NCBI GenBank assembly: GCA_965240325.2
Contig: OZ251223.1
Span: 744,001 to 808,000 of the forward strand
Reading direction: 5' to 3'
Length of the DNA: 64,000 nucleotides
From: Rebecca billardiae RCC1528
Taxonomy: Eukaryota > Protista > Haptophyta
Every line of letters begins with the position of its first letter. Positions within the stretch are counted from its first letter, which is position 1. The translations under genes were made by a program, and so were the position numbers. The notes below the pieces were generated by a model. The model was not told the origin of the DNA. It ran no database searches and saw only the letters and a program-made list of their open reading frames with translations. Shown here piece by piece: positions 10,623 to 22,824 of this stretch.

Positions 10623-11906
10623 TCAGATGGCCAGCACGGCGCAGACCCCCTCGAGGTAGTTCGCGATCTCGAGCGCCTTTTCGGCGTCGTCGACGACGAG
10701 CGCGTCGGGCGCGACGGAGCTATCCGCCGCGGCCGCCACCACCTCCGAGCCGCACGCGGCGGCGTGGCTGCTGAAGTCGCCCGCGAGCAAGATGGAGACC
10801 TGCTCGAGCGAGGTGACCGCCTGCGTCGAGACCGGCGGACTGGCAAAGCCCGCGTTCAGCGGCGGCGGCGCGGCCATGTCCGCCTGGATGCGGGCGAGCG
10901 TGTCGACGGAGATGGCGGAGAGAGACTTGGACGGTGGTGCAGGGCTGTCGAGTGCGGCGGACAGGTGCTTCTCGAGGTGCTGGGACGGGCGTGCGGGGCT
11001 GAGAGGCGTCGGCGACGCGGCCGGCGGTGTCTCCATCCGCGCGCCGAGCGAGTGGAGCTGCATGCCGTCGGCTGCGTCTGCGTTGCTCTCGAGGTCGGCG
11101 GGGCGTGCGGCCTCGTCGTCGGCGCCGGCGGCGGGCGGATCGGACGGCGCGGCCGGCTGGCTCGTGCCCGTCTCGCCCTTCTCCGGCGCGTACTCGTCCG
11201 AGTCGTCGACGAGCCAGTCCATGCCGAGCAGCCGCGCCGAGTCGTCGTGGCTCGGGTGGCTCGCCGACGCCGACTCGGCGTTGGACGCGTCCACGCCGGG
11301 GTCGCAGGTGCCGAGGTCGATGAGCGAGGCGAGGTTGTCGAGATACGCCGCGCCGGGCGACGACGACGCCGCGGCCTCGCCCACGCCCTTCCACCCGAGC
11401 TCGTCCTCGAGCACCATCTCGACCTCGGCGTCCGAGGCGGTCGCGCAGTGGTGCTGCGCCGCCGTGTCGCCCATCTGCACGCCGTCGGCCGAGCCCGAGA
11501 GGTCGTCGGCGCCAACGCCGCCGTAGTCGTCCTCCTCGTCGCTGCTCGCCGCGCCCGCCAGCGCGCCGCCCGCCGCCCGGCCCGCCGGCACGTCCAGGAA
11601 CTGCGACATGATCGAGTCGAGGCTCTCCGGGTTGACGTTGTCGTCCCCTGGGCCCGCGTCGCCGCCCGTCGGCGAGGAGGGCGCGGTGGAGCCCTCCTTG
11701 CGCCAACGTTGCCGTCGGTTCTGAAACCACACCTGCACCTGCCTCGGCCGCACCGCGAGCGAGCCCGCGAGGTGCTCGATCGTCGCGCGGCTCGGCTTGC
11801 GCGTCCGTTCGAACACCGCCTCGAGGAAAGAGGTCTCCGCGGCGGTCACGCGCCAGCGCTTGTTGCGCGGCTTCTGCGCGGTCTCAGCGTGTGCAGATCC
11901 ACCCAT
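10623..11906 (-). CDS. Homeobox transcription factor
   Basis: Homeodomain KRWRVTAAETSFLEAVFERTRKPSRATIEHLAGSLAVRPRQVQVWFQNRRQRWRK followed by an acidic low-complexity region. ATG 11906 chosen as start; the ORF extends to 12137. Confidence 0.88.
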   Translation of the reverse strand: MGGSAHAETAQKPRNKRWRVTAAETSFLEAVFERTRKPSRATIEHLAGSLAVRPRQVQVWFQNRRQRWRKEGSTAPSSPTGGDAGPGDDNVNPESLDSIMSQFLDVPAGRAAGGALAGAASSDEEDDYGGVGADDLSGSADGVQMGDTAAQHHCATASDAEVEMVLEDELGWKGVGEAAASSSPGAAYLDNLASLIDLGTCDPGVDASNAESASASHPSHDDSARLLGMDWLVDDSDEYAPEKGETGTSQPAAPSDPPAAGADDEAARPADLESNADAADGMQLHSLGARMETPPAASPTPLSPARPSQHLEKHLSAALDSPAPPSKSLSAISVDTLARIQADMAAPPPLNAGFASPPVSTQAVTSLEQVSILLAGDFSSHAAACGSEVVAAAADSSVAPDALVVDDAEKALEIANYLEGVCAVLAI

Positions 11907-12635
11907 CCTGGCGCCGCCGACCTTAGCCCTGCGCGACGAGGCGCGGAGCGGCGAAGCGTGCGAGCGCGTGGTGCCCGGCCGAGAAACACGACGAGACGGA
12001 CCGAGGCCCAAAACTCGCAAAGCCACGAGGAGAAGCTCCGAACGACCTGGTGCGCAGATTCGTCGCGAACGCATCTGACAAAACTTCCTTTGCGTACAAC
12101 CAAGCCGAAGCGCCTTCTGGGTATCAATGTCGCCCAATCAGGGCCTTTGGTAGCACCAGATCAACACGCAGATTCTTTTGGCCTCGCCCCCTCTAGCCGT
12201 TTTGGCCCAACCGCTGTGGCCGAGACGAGAGAATCTTGACGAGTGCTCTCGACGGCACTCTGCACAGCGATAATTGCGGTGTAACGCCCTGGTTGGAGGT
12301 GCGAAGAATGCAGAAGCCGGTAAAATCTTGTTCGCCAATAGTTAGCCAAGATTCGAGAGGTCTCGCTGCTACTCAGCTACAGGTATCGATTACTCAACCA
12401 CGGGGATCGCCTAGAGCAATTGATTGAGCTTAGTCAATATTTGTTAACGGCTTGGTAGTATCTCCCTTGGTGATGCACACTATTACGCACATGTTAATGA
12501 ATATAAAGACCAGTCGTCATCAATAACAATCGAGCGGAGTACTAAAATTAGTATTGACGTTGCATGGTTACTACGTTTACTCGCGAGTGCTCTCGAGTCA
12601 CCGATGGAGATGCCGCGCACTGACTGTTTCTGTGT

Positions 12636-15600
12636 TCACGCGAGGAACGGCTGCGGGCCCGTCGTCCACGCCACAGCGCGCGAGGAGAGCGACGCGTGCT
12701 TGAAGTCGCCCACCCGCTTGTACCGCTCGGCCTCGCTCGAGCCCTGCGGCGCGCGGGGAGACGCGCGAATCGCGTGAGGACCGCCGCGGCGTCAGTGCTG
12801 ACCGAGTGCGGGCGCATGCATGCGCCGACGCGCGGCGTCGCGCCGGCGGCAAGGGCCGCGTCGTGCCGGCGCTCGCGCGGGCGCGCACACCTCGGGATAA
12901 AGCGCACCGCGCTCATGCAGCAGGTCCACCACCATGTCCATGCCCTCTTGCTTGACGACGATCCACGCGTGGTGCGAGTGCGCGCCGCGGCTGCAATCTG
13001 ACGAGTGCAGCGCGCACGGCTCGCCCACGCGGTCCGCGAGCACCTGCGCACGCGCAGAGGCGACGCGGCGCGACGGCGTCAGACCGCACGCGCGCGTCAC
13101 CCCCACACCACCCCCCTGTGCGCGCGGCGCTCGCGCCGCGCCGCGCCGCACTTTGAAGAGGAAGGCGCGGTGGCGCGCGCGGCCGCGCTGCATCGAGCCG
13201 ATCCGGACGACGTCCGAGTTCGTCTCGCGCCGGCAGCGCTCGAGCTCGTCGTCGACGGAGTAGCTGTCGTAGTCCTCGTACGAGATGTACCCACCGAGCT
13301 GCGCGACGACGAACTCCTGCGCGCGCGCGCGCGCGTGCGCAGCGGTGGCGAGCGCACGGCGCGCGTGAGGCCGCGCGCGCGCCGTGCGCTTCAGTGCTGC
13401 TGCACACCGCCAGGCGCGCGCGACGGCGCGCGCCACCGGGATCGGCGGATCCGCGCACGGCGCGCACGGCGCGCGAGCCTCCCGCCGTCGCGCACCTGCA
13501 GGTAGCGCAGCATCGTCACGCCGCCGAGCGCGCCGCCGCTGCCGGGGCGGCTGCGGCCGGACGTGAGGTTGGTCCGGCTGCCGCTCGCCGAGCTCGCGGC
13601 GGAGCGCACGCGCGCGGAGGTGGGCCTCGCGAAGGAGGCGTTGGCCGAGGCGGTGCGCGGGCCGACGTCCTCGTCCTCCTCGTCCTCCGCGCCCGAGAGC
13701 GCAGGCGAGGAGTCCACCGCCGAGCCGCCCGCCTTGCGCGCCTGCGCCTCCTTCTCGTGCTCCTCCTTGCGGTCGGAGATTTGTCGCACGTACACCAGGA
13801 GCTTCACGTCCACGCGCGTGTCGGCGATGAGCGCGACGGGCGGGCGGACGAGCCAGGTGAGCGCGGGCGGGGGCGAGATGCCCGCCGCCTGCAGCTCGCG
13901 CAGGGACCACCACTTGTCGCGCCGGCCCAGGTCGTAGAACCCGTCGCTCGTCAGGATGGCCGCCGGCAGGGAGAGCTCCCACCAGTACTTGGCAGAGGGG
14001 CAGTTCATTAGCAGCGTGGTGCACGCGTCGCCCGCGACGGCGGCGGCGGGGTTGGAGGCCGCGTCGCGCCGCATCTCGACCAGGCGCATGAAGATGCCGT
14101 TGTCCGACATGATCTGCGCGCACGCCGCGTCACGCGACGCGGCGCGGATCGCGACGATGCACGCGCGCACCACGCGCGGGTCGGTGCTGGCCGGCGAGCA
14201 CATGAGCGCGTGCGAGAGGCGCGAGATGGGAGTGTCCGGCTCGACCTCGTCCGCCGCCTCCTCGGCCTCGGCCTCGGCGGCGGCGGCGGCGGCGCCGCCG
14301 CCCAGCATGCCGTCCAGCCCGCCCTCCGCGCTCGCGCCCGCCGCCGCCGAGATCGGCTCGCACAGCCCCGCGCGCGTCGTGCGGTCGGCGAGCAGCGCGG
14401 TGAGCAGCATGGCCGTGTAGGTGAGCACCTCGGGGCTGGCGCTGCGCACGACGAGCGTCGCGAGCTGCTCGGCGAGGGCGCGCTCGTGCGCGGCGGCGGC
14501 GGCGGCGTCGGCGCCGACCGACGCGCGGCGGGCGGTGCTCGAGCGCCGGCTGCTCGACTGCGGCTGCTCCGGCTTCGCCAGCTCCTTGGGCCGGCCCGAG
14601 CTCTCGGGCGTGCCGCCGCCCTTGCCCGCGTTCGACGGCCGGCGCGACTTTTGCGAGCCGTCGCCGCTCTTGCTCGGCGCGGCCGAGGGCGGGCGTTGGC
14701 TGCCCAACTTGTCGGCCGCGCCCGGCTGCGGCTGCGCGCCACCCGGGCCCGCGCCGCCGCCCGGCTGCGGCTGCGCGCGCGACAGCGACTCGTCCAGCGT
14801 GTCGATCAGCGCGAGCGGCACGCGCGCCGAGCACAGCTCTGCGCGCGCCTCGGCCATCCGAGCGAGCGCGTTGAGCGCGGCGAGCGCGGCCGAGCGGTGC
14901 GCGGCGTCGGACGCGGCGGCGGCGGGGTCGGGCGGCGCGGCGGGCGGCGCGGAGGACGGGCGCGACGGCTGCGCGCCCGCCTCCGCGCCCTCCGCGCCCG
15001 CGAGCAGCTGCGAGCGCCGCACGCCCAGCGCCGCGCCCACGCGCCCGAGCGCCGAGTCGGTGAGCGCGAGCACCGCGCGCTCGAGCTGCAGCGCGTCCCG
15101 GCAGCGCGCGTCCTCGGCGGCGCGCGCGACCGCGAGCAGCGCGTACGTCGCGGCGGTGCGCCAGTGCGGGCCGAGCACGGCGGCGGGCGGCTGCCGGAGG
15201 TGGTGCGGCAGCGACGCCGCCGCGCCGCCCTTGCCGCCGCCGCCGCCGCCGCCGCCGCTCGGCTTGGGCGGTTTGGCGCCGCCGTCCGCCTTGGCGCCCG
15301 CGCCGCCCGCCGCCGCCCCGCCGCCCTCGGCCGCCCCCACCGTCGCCGCGGCGTCGGCGCCCAGCCCGGACGGCTCGTACGAGCACAGCCGCAGCAGCGC
15401 GGGCCACAGCACGGCGCCGTCGAGCGTGCCGTTCGCGGCGAGCTCGCGGAACCGATCGCACCGGAACGCGTTGGCGAGCGCGAGCGCGCCGCTCGCCAGC
15501 ACGGGGAGATACGCGTCTGGGGAGAGCGGCGCGTCCGCCGGCACCTCGACGGCGGCGACCTGCGCGGCGGCCGCGCCGCGGACCGACTTGTCCCCGCCGG

Positions 15601-17323
15601 GCTTCGGCTTCGCGCCCGGGTTCGCGACGAACGCCGCCACCGCCTGCTCGTGCTGGAACGTCGAGAACTTGAGCGCCTGGTCGAAGGCGCTCGCGTGCGC
15701 GCGCACCGACGCCACGAGCCGTTGCAGCGCACCCGCGCCGACGAGCGCGCGCGCGTCGTCGTCGACGCGCGCGAGCAGCACGGCGCACGCCTCGGTGGCG
15801 GCGGCGTGCGCGTCCACGTGCGTCTGCCGCGCCGCGCGCAGCGCCCTCCCCAGCTCGCGCCGCGCGCGCGCCTCGTCGTCCGTCTCGTCGCCGCCGCCCG
15901 GCTTGTTGGTGGACGCGGACTGCGGCCGCGAGTTGCGCGCCGCCTGCGACGCGTTGGAGAGGCGGCGGGTGGAGCTCTTGCCGGAGGCTGGGTCGGCGAG
16001 GTCGCCGCCCAGCAGCGCGACCGCGTCGGCGACCACCTCCGACGCGCTCAGCCCCTCCCGCTCCGCGCGCACCTCCTCGAGCGTCGGCTCGGTCGAGTCG
16101 AGCGCGTGGCACACCGCGTCCGCCAAGCCGACCGCGACGAGCATGCTGCGGCTCACCGGGTGCTGCGCGAGGCGGGCGGCGACGGTGAGCGCGGCGGCGC
16201 GCACCTCCGCGCTGGCCGAGTGGCACAGCGCGACGAGCAGCGGCTCGGCGTGCGCGTCGCGCAGCGCCGCGCGCCCCGCGATCGTGCGCGCGTGCGGCGC
16301 GAGCGCGCGCAGCGCGGCGGCGTGCAGCCGCGGCCGAGCGCCCATCGCGGGTGTGCACGCGCTCAGCAGCGTGGGCACGGCGCCGCGCTCGGCGAGCGCG
16401 TGCACCGCGGGCGGGCCGAGGAGGCCTTCGGGCGGCGCCGGCCTCGCGGCCGCGCCGCGCGCCGAGTCCATGCTCAGCGCGCCGCCCATCGCGCCGACGC
16501 GGCTCACGCGCGCGTCCGCGCCCGCCGGCGCCGAGCCGGCGGCCACCACGCCCAGCGCCGCCTCCACGGCCGCCCAGTGCAGGGCCCAGCGCTCCGCGAC
16601 GGGCGGCGGGAGCTCGGCCTCGGGCAGCTCGATGGGCGGGACCGCCTCCTGCGCCGTGCCGCCCTCGGACGACGCGTCGGGCGCCTCCGCGCCCGCCGCG
16701 CCGCCCTCGGCGCCGTCCTCCGCGGCTGCGGGCGCGCCGTCCGCGGCGACCACGGTCACCCAGCTCGAGGAGCGCGCTCCCAGGGCGCCCGCGGCGGGCG
16801 GGTTCAGGAGGACGGGGATGGCGAGCGCGGCGAAGGCGTAGGCACGCTCGGCGAGCGCCGACTTGCCCAGCTCGGCGCGGCACACGCCGTGCTCGAGGCA
16901 CGCGCCGAGCACGCGCATCGCCGCGCCCGTGCACCGCAGCGCCGCCTCCGTCTCGCCCACCAGGTCCGCATCGTCCGAGTCCGGGTCGACGGCCTCGACG
17001 ACGAGCTCGAGCGGCTTGACGAGCGGGAGAATGTTCTCCGGCACGAGCGCGCTCAGCGGCGCGAGCACCTCGGCGCACAGCTTCTCGAGCAGCTCGGGCG
17101 CGCCGAGCACGCGCGGCAGCACCTCCTCGAGCCGAGCGAGCGCCGACCAGCGCACGAGCGCGCTGGCCGAGGGCGAGAGCAGCTCGACGAGCTGGGCGAG
17201 GAGCGCGGCGTCGTCGATCCCATCGAATGCGCCGCGCTTGTCCTTCCGCTTCTTCGGGTCCGCCTTCTTGCCCGCGGCCGGCTTCGCCGCCGGGGACGCC
17301 TTGGAGCTCGCCGACGGCGGCAT
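12636..17323 (-). CDS. Armadillo-repeat protein with C-terminal EDR1/CTR1/ARMC3 peptidase-like domain (ARMC3-like), 4 exons
   Basis: Exons 17323-13496, 13316-13152, 13043-12891 and 12743-12636 (all GT-AG). ARM-like helical repeats, then DGFYDLG, FVVAQLGG, IGSMQRGRARHRAFLFK|VLADRVG, HAWIVV and MVVDLL..GALYP.GS.EA.RY. Confidence 0.8.
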
Positions 17324-17795
17324 GGCGATGGCGGCCCCAGCGCGCGTAACGTCTCGCTTGTGGCGCGATTTTATATTGTCCTCGCGTCATGAAAATCACG
17401 CTGCGCTGGAAAATTCGCCATATTCATGATGCATCCCGGATGATCAGACTCTGCACTCACGCCCGACTGGCGACCCGCACCAACGGGCGGCCATGCACGC
17501 TCACCTCGTTGTGTACACGTACGTGCCATCGGATAATCAGGCGGCCGGACGGGGCCCGCAGCCTGGTAGTACCATACATCGGCTGGGCTGTGAGTGTCGG
17601 CATAACGGCGGGCACGGCAGTGCGGTAGCTTGGCGACGGGCCCCGTCGGCGCGCCGCCGCCACGACCGCAGGCGCCGCACAGTGGCACAGTCCACGTCGT
17701 CAGTCGGCCGCAGTCGCCCAACTCCTGTGAGTCCTGAGCCCGGCCAGTAGCAATCGGGAGAACGAGGGGCGAGACGGAGACGGCATCGGCGCGCG

Positions 17796-19295
17796 TCAAT
17801 CGCAGCGCAAGCGCGGCAGCTGCGCGATGCGCTCGGGCGGGAGCCCGCGGCAGTTCCGGAGGAACGAGTCATGGCCGGGGCGCGCCGCGTGGCCGAGGGC
17901 GGCCGTGGACCTGCCGCCCGAGTACACGCCGCCGTCGGCCGTCGCGTAGAGCGCGTACGTGCTGCCGAGCGCGCAGCTGAGCACGCGCTGGCCATCCAGG
18001 CCGCGCAGGCGCGTCGGCGGCGCCACGATCGGCGGCCCCGCGTGCGCGAGGAAGAAGTGCTCGTTGTCCCCGAACGTGTGCACGCTGCCATCCGCGCCCA
18101 CCACCGCGCTGCTGCAATGGCCCGCGCTGGCGCGCACGGCGTGCACGCCCGCCAGTGCTTCAATGCGCGCGGGCAAGAGCCGGGCCGCGACGATGTGGCC
18201 GAGGCAGCCTTGATCGCCACGACCACACGAGTGTACCCCGCCCGCGTCATCCACCACGATGGTGTGGCTGTCGCCCGCGCAAACGTGCACTGCGCGCACG
18301 CCCGCGAGCGCGTCGATGCGCCGAGGGCTGTGCTGATGCTCCTCATCGCCGTGGCCGAGCCGGCCGTTGTAGCCGCCGCCGCACGAGTACACCGCACCCC
18401 TGCTCGAGAGGAGCAGCGTGTGCACCGTCCCTGCCGCGAGCCCGCCGAGTCGCACGCCATCCATCGCCTCGATGCGCCTCGGCTCCCAACGCTCCTCCGA
18501 GTCGCCATGGCCGAGCTGGCCGGTGAAGTTGGCGCCCCAGCTGTACGCGCGCCCTGCCGCCGTGAGCGCGAGGCTGTGGTACGAACCCGCCGCGATGCAC
18601 ACGAAGAGCTCGTCCCGCGGCGCCGGTGCCGGGACCGGGACGAACGCGTAGCGCGTGTACCTGTCAGCCAGCCCGAGCTGGCCGAAGCGGTTCTCGCCGC
18701 ACGCGTACATGGCGCCGGCGTCGCTCAGCGCGAGCAGGTGGGTGGTGCCCGCCGCCACCGCGCGCACGCGCACATCGGAGAGCGAGCCGACGCGTGTCGG
18801 CACGCGGACGGGCGCGTCGTCGATGCGCGGGTGGCCGAGAGCAGCGGGCACAAAACGGCGCTCGTCGGCACCCGGCATGCCGCCATGCTCGCCGCACGTG
18901 TGCAGACCGCCGTCCTCGTCCACAAACGCACTGAGCCTGATCGGGACGTTGACCGCGGCGCACCCGCACGTGGCAGCGTGCGCGTGGGCGCGGGCCAATC
19001 GGAAGACGCGCTCACGTGCGAAGAGCTCCTCCACCCATGTCCCGGCGGTGCGCGGCAGCGCGGCGGGCAAGGCATGCTCATGCCCGCGCGCGCGCGCGCG
19101 CTCGCGCAGCACGCGCTCGATCGGCGAGCGGTTCGGCGGCGTGCCACGGAAGAGGCGCGAGGCGGCGCTAGCGCTTGCGAGGTCACGGTCATCGTCAAGC
19201 GAGCTGAGGATGCGCTCGATCATCTCCGCAGGCAGGCCAGAGAGCTCCGCCGTTGGCGGCGAGTCGTCGGCGGGCGTCGCGAGCCCCATCGGCAT
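17796..19295 (-). CDS. F-box plus RCC1-repeat protein
   Basis: F-box LSGLPAEMIERILSSLDDDRDLASASAASRLFR, then repeated xAGxxHxL..G.xYxxG.N..GQLG units (e.g. IAAGSYHSLAL...YSWGANFTGQLG). Confidence 0.88.
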   Translation of the reverse strand: MPMGLATPADDSPPTAELSGLPAEMIERILSSLDDDRDLASASAASRLFRGTPPNRSPIERVLRERARARGHEHALPAALPRTAGTWVEELFARERVFRLARAHAHAATCGCAAVNVPIRLSAFVDEDGGLHTCGEHGGMPGADERRFVPAALGHPRIDDAPVRVPTRVGSLSDVRVRAVAAGTTHLLALSDAGAMYACGENRFGQLGLADRYTRYAFVPVPAPAPRDELFVCIAAGSYHSLALTAAGRAYSWGANFTGQLGHGDSEERWEPRRIEAMDGVRLGGLAAGTVHTLLLSSRGAVYSCGGGYNGRLGHGDEEHQHSPRRIDALAGVRAVHVCAGDSHTIVVDDAGGVHSCGRGDQGCLGHIVAARLLPARIEALAGVHAVRASAGHCSSAVVGADGSVHTFGDNEHFFLAHAGPPIVAPPTRLRGLDGQRVLSCALGSTYALYATADGGVYSGGRSTAALGHAARPGHDSFLRNCRGLPPERIAQLPRLRCD

Positions 19296-19813
19296 GGTAT
19301 GACTCTCTAGGCGGGCGGGCCCCTAAAAGACTGCGGTTATGGTACTGTCTTGTGACGAATCTTACGAAATCTTTTTTTTCTTTGGTAGCTATCATAGACG
19401 TACGGGTGAAGGGACTGAAGGCTGGCTTGGTACTCTCCGCCATCGCACTCGCTTCACGCGAGTGGGCTGTGCCCGCCGAGGTACGATGGCGGCGCAGTCC
19501 GGAGGAGAGTACCGGATAGGGGTGAAGGTATGTAGTTAGCAGGCTGTAGGACCGCGGTAGCCTGGGTCAGACTCTGCTCCGACGATGTTGCTGTCGCGGC
19601 CTTGAGCAGCGCCGCCGTGCATGTTACCGTCTGCGGCGCGTGGGCGCGTTTGTCCGAAGACCCGGCGGCTGACAACGCCGTCTGACTGGCACCACCCGGT
19701 GCGCCGGTCGCGGTATAAACCGCGAGTTCATAGACGTATAAGTATAACTGGCGCTAAGTATATATTAACGACGTGGTATGCAATTCGGGCAAGCGGTCAG
19801 AGTAAGCAAGCTG

Positions 19814-20032
19814 GCATGCATGCATGCATGCATGCATGCATGCATGCATGTATGTATGATGTATGTATGTATGTATGTATGTATGTATGTATGTATGTAT
19901 GTATGTATGTATGTATGTATGTATGTATGTATGTATGTATGTATGTATGTATGTATGTATGTATGTATGTATGTATGTATGTGTATGTATGTATGTATAG
20001 AGATAGATAGATAGATAGACAGATAGTAGATA
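19814..20032. repeat. Compound microsatellite (GCAT)n-(GTAT)n-(GATA)n
   Basis: Directly visible tetranucleotide arrays. Confidence 0.97.
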
Positions 20033-20593
20033 GGATTGTCCGTAATATAGTCCCGCCGTGTTCCGCGCCCTGGGCAGCAATATTACAGTTTACTATGATT
20101 TAACGTGCACACAGTACCTAGTACAGAGTAGTTAATACTGATACGAATAAGAGACGCACACAGCTCAGGCAGGCGAGATTGACGCCCGCCAACCAACTGT
20201 CACCGCCCATGAACTGATGAAGCCGTCGCCGATCGTAGCGCCGTCGGAAACAGTAATATGTATAGTAACTCGTCTCCGAGGGGCGAGCTGACTACGCCGG
20301 TTACTGGTCAGTAGACCGCGCTTGCGGCCGACGACTCGGCAGTCGCTTCTTGACTGAGTCTTAGAAACTGTGACGGTATTATTACCGACGACTCAGAGAA
20401 TAGACCCGATTTGATTAGTCACTAGTCGATCGCGGATTAAGTCCGCGCCTGGCTGGCACCACCACAGCTATGTGGGCACTTGTTTCAATATGTTCATGCC
20501 GTGTCTCAGTTTGGTACAGTGTGGTCTTCAGGAATCAGATTCTGACCCGGTCCCGGACGAGCGCGGCACACCTAGACGTATGCAGTTCCGGGC

Positions 20594-21301
20594 TCAGTCC
20601 TCGCCGATGCCGAAGAAGCGGCTCAGCACGCGCGGTTGGATCTGCATGAGGAGGTTGAAGTGCAGTATGAAGCCAGCTAAGCAGCCAAACAACCCCACGA
20701 GGTGCGTCCGGAGCCCCGCCGCGCGCAGCCCGTGCATGCCAAAGCACGCGCTCAGCACGGTGCTGATCCCGAGCCACAGCGTCAGCGCATAGCTGGGTAG
20801 CGTGCTCAGCGGCACGAGGCCAGGGCGGCCGGGACCGAAGCCACCAGCGATGCGAAGCGGCGCATAGAGCGCGCGGCAGACGAGCCACGCCGCGCCGAGC
20901 GCGCCAGCCGAGTTGGGCTGTACGAACGTCGCGTGCAGCCACATCGCGGCCAGGAACGGCGGGCTCTGCTCGTGCAGGTTCAGGAAGCAGCGGTTACAGC
21001 AGGACTGCTGCTCCTCGGACATCTTGGTGAACGACGCGGTCGGGCCGAGCTGCATGTACTTGTAGTACAGGCACACCCACCCGCCGGTGATGAGGATGGG
21101 CCACTTGAACGGCGTAGGGTCGATGACGGGGGCGAGCGTGGCGGCAACCGACGACACGGCACATGGCGATGGCCTTGCGGCAAGGCGGTGGCGCGACAAC
21201 GTCCCGATAGGTCGCAGGGATAGCGAGTGACGAGCGATCACGTGCGCGTGCGCATCCACACCACTGAGGAGAGCAACGCCGAGGAGCAGACGAGCTCTCA
21301 T
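20594..21301 (-). CDS. MAPEG family membrane protein (microsomal GST-like) with signal peptide and transit-like leader
   Basis: Leader MRARLLLGVALLSGVDA; MAPEG signature RCFLNLHEQSPPFLAAMWL...ALGAAWLVCRALY; several TM helices. Confidence 0.75.
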   Translation of the reverse strand: MRARLLLGVALLSGVDAHAHVIARHSLSLRPIGTLSRHRLAARPSPCAVSSVAATLAPVIDPTPFKWPILITGGWVCLYYKYMQLGPTASFTKMSEEQQSCCNRCFLNLHEQSPPFLAAMWLHATFVQPNSAGALGAAWLVCRALYAPLRIAGGFGPGRPGLVPLSTLPSYALTLWLGISTVLSACFGMHGLRAAGLRTHLVGLFGCLAGFILHFNLLMQIQPRVLSRFFGIGED

Positions 21302-21443
21302 CGCCGTCCACCACGCGGGCCCGGCCGCGCGACAGCCACGATTTGTAACGGCGAACGTATGGTACTGTAACCGTGTACTTGTATTGATCGTCATTCAGCC
21401 GACGATGCATGCACGATGGCATGGTCAGCCGCGCCATCGCCCG

Positions 21444-22619
21444 ATGGTGATCATAGCTTACAGGGGGGCGCTGCTGCTCTCGCTCACTTCGCACGGAGGC
21501 ATGGTGCCGCACCTGATGCCGACGGTGGCTGCTGCGTCATTCGATTCGCAATCAGAAGCTCAGCTATCGACACCTTCTCCGCCGCCGCCCATCACGTGTG
21601 GAAGTCTTCTGTCATTCCGCAATCACTTGGTTGGCCCCAGTGGAAGTCTGTCATTCCGTAATCACTCGGTTGGCCCCATACCCGGCATCGACCAACGCAA
21701 GCTGCTGCATATTCCAAAGACAGGTGGCACAACGCTGGAGCACGCGTTGAAGGAGCAGTTGGATGTGTACGCCGCATCAACTCTCGAACGGTTTCATCGT
21801 CGTGCCGTGCCAGGCAGGACAACCTTGATCACCTACCCGCGCCTGATGAACACGAGAGTGCTGCACGGTTGTCCCATTTGGCACGTGCCTCCATTCAAGT
21901 GGGTCCCCGGCTCATACTGCATCATCCGTTCGCCTTTGGACCGGCTCATCAGCACATTCGCCTTCTGGGTCGACCGCGGTGTACATTCAAAGCGAATGCA
22001 GGCATCAGGTGGCCCGTCCAAGCTGTACACACAGAAGCATTGCAGCTGTGAGAGCTTGTGTAGTTGGGCACTTGACCACCTGCGTGAGGAGGTGGCACGG
22101 AGGCGCGACGGGAACGAGCGCAGTGGCGTCACGGACTGTCACTTGGTGCCCCAGCTCGCCTTTGCGCGCAGGACGGACTTCCTCGTCCCGTACGAGGCGT
22201 GGGACTACCTGCCGTCCTGGCTCGGGCTCAATAGCACGCGCATGCACCAGTACAACAGGATGGCTACTTGCTCGTTCAACCGGCCTGCACTCCAGGCATG
22301 CACGCAAGCGTCGGAGCTGGTGATGGGTGCGTATGCGGCGGATGTCGCGCTGCACGCGCGCGTGCTGGAGCTCTCTTGCAGCACTGGTGCGCCACGCCCG
22401 GTGAGATGGAGTGAGCTCCCTGAGTTCGACGTCACTCGTCACGCTCCGAATAACTCCAACCTGTCGCTTACACCCACTGGTCCTCCTGAGCGTCAGGCCC
22501 TGGGAGCAGGCCAATCGCCTTCCGATGAACACGCGGCTACGCCTGAAGCCGGCGTTCTGATGGACGAGCATCCATGGGCTGCTATGAGATCACATCTGCT
22601 CCTTGCCCGTTGCCGCTAG
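21444..22619 (+). CDS. Golgi-type sulfotransferase (Sulfotransfer_2-like)
   Basis: 5'-PSB loop LHIPKTGGTTLE, 3'-PB motif IIRSPLDRLIS, and HLVPQ; hydrophobic N-terminus. Alternative start at 21405. Confidence 0.8.
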   Translation: MVIIAYRGALLLSLTSHGGMVPHLMPTVAAASFDSQSEAQLSTPSPPPPITCGSLLSFRNHLVGPSGSLSFRNHSVGPIPGIDQRKLLHIPKTGGTTLEHALKEQLDVYAASTLERFHRRAVPGRTTLITYPRLMNTRVLHGCPIWHVPPFKWVPGSYCIIRSPLDRLISTFAFWVDRGVHSKRMQASGGPSKLYTQKHCSCESLCSWALDHLREEVARRRDGNERSGVTDCHLVPQLAFARRTDFLVPYEAWDYLPSWLGLNSTRMHQYNRMATCSFNRPALQACTQASELVMGAYAADVALHARVLELSCSTGAPRPVRWSELPEFDVTRHAPNNSNLSLTPTGPPERQALGAGQSPSDEHAATPEAGVLMDEHPWAAMRSHLLLARCR

Positions 22620-22824
22620 GCAGGAGACCCGCTGAGTCGTCAGAACTAGGCCTAGGGGGCGCGGGGCGCGCGGGCAACGGTGCGTGCCGGAGGCCCGGAG
22701 CCCGGTGACGCACCATTAGATATCGTCGGCTCTGGGCGGCTCTGGCTTCCGGGTTCATAAGACCCCCCTAACTAAATCCGCGGTCACTGCCGCCACTGGA
22801 GCCAACTTGGTTTATACTGCTTAT

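Noticed and set aside
14210-17392. Very long antisense and alternative-frame ORFs (also 10425-12239, 34074-36863, 40536-41936, 54126-56657)
   Set aside because: Shadow ORFs caused by stop-codon scarcity at extreme GC; Arg/Ala-rich, no motifs, and overlapping well-supported genes.
19621-20080. ORFs with MYVC/HTYI repeats (likewise YIYI at 44074-44323)
   Set aside because: Translations of microsatellites.
20213-20255. CTGATGA...GAAA hammerhead-ribozyme-like core
   Set aside because: No closing stem II pair and no evident stems I/III; other CTGATGA sites lack a suitably placed GAAA.
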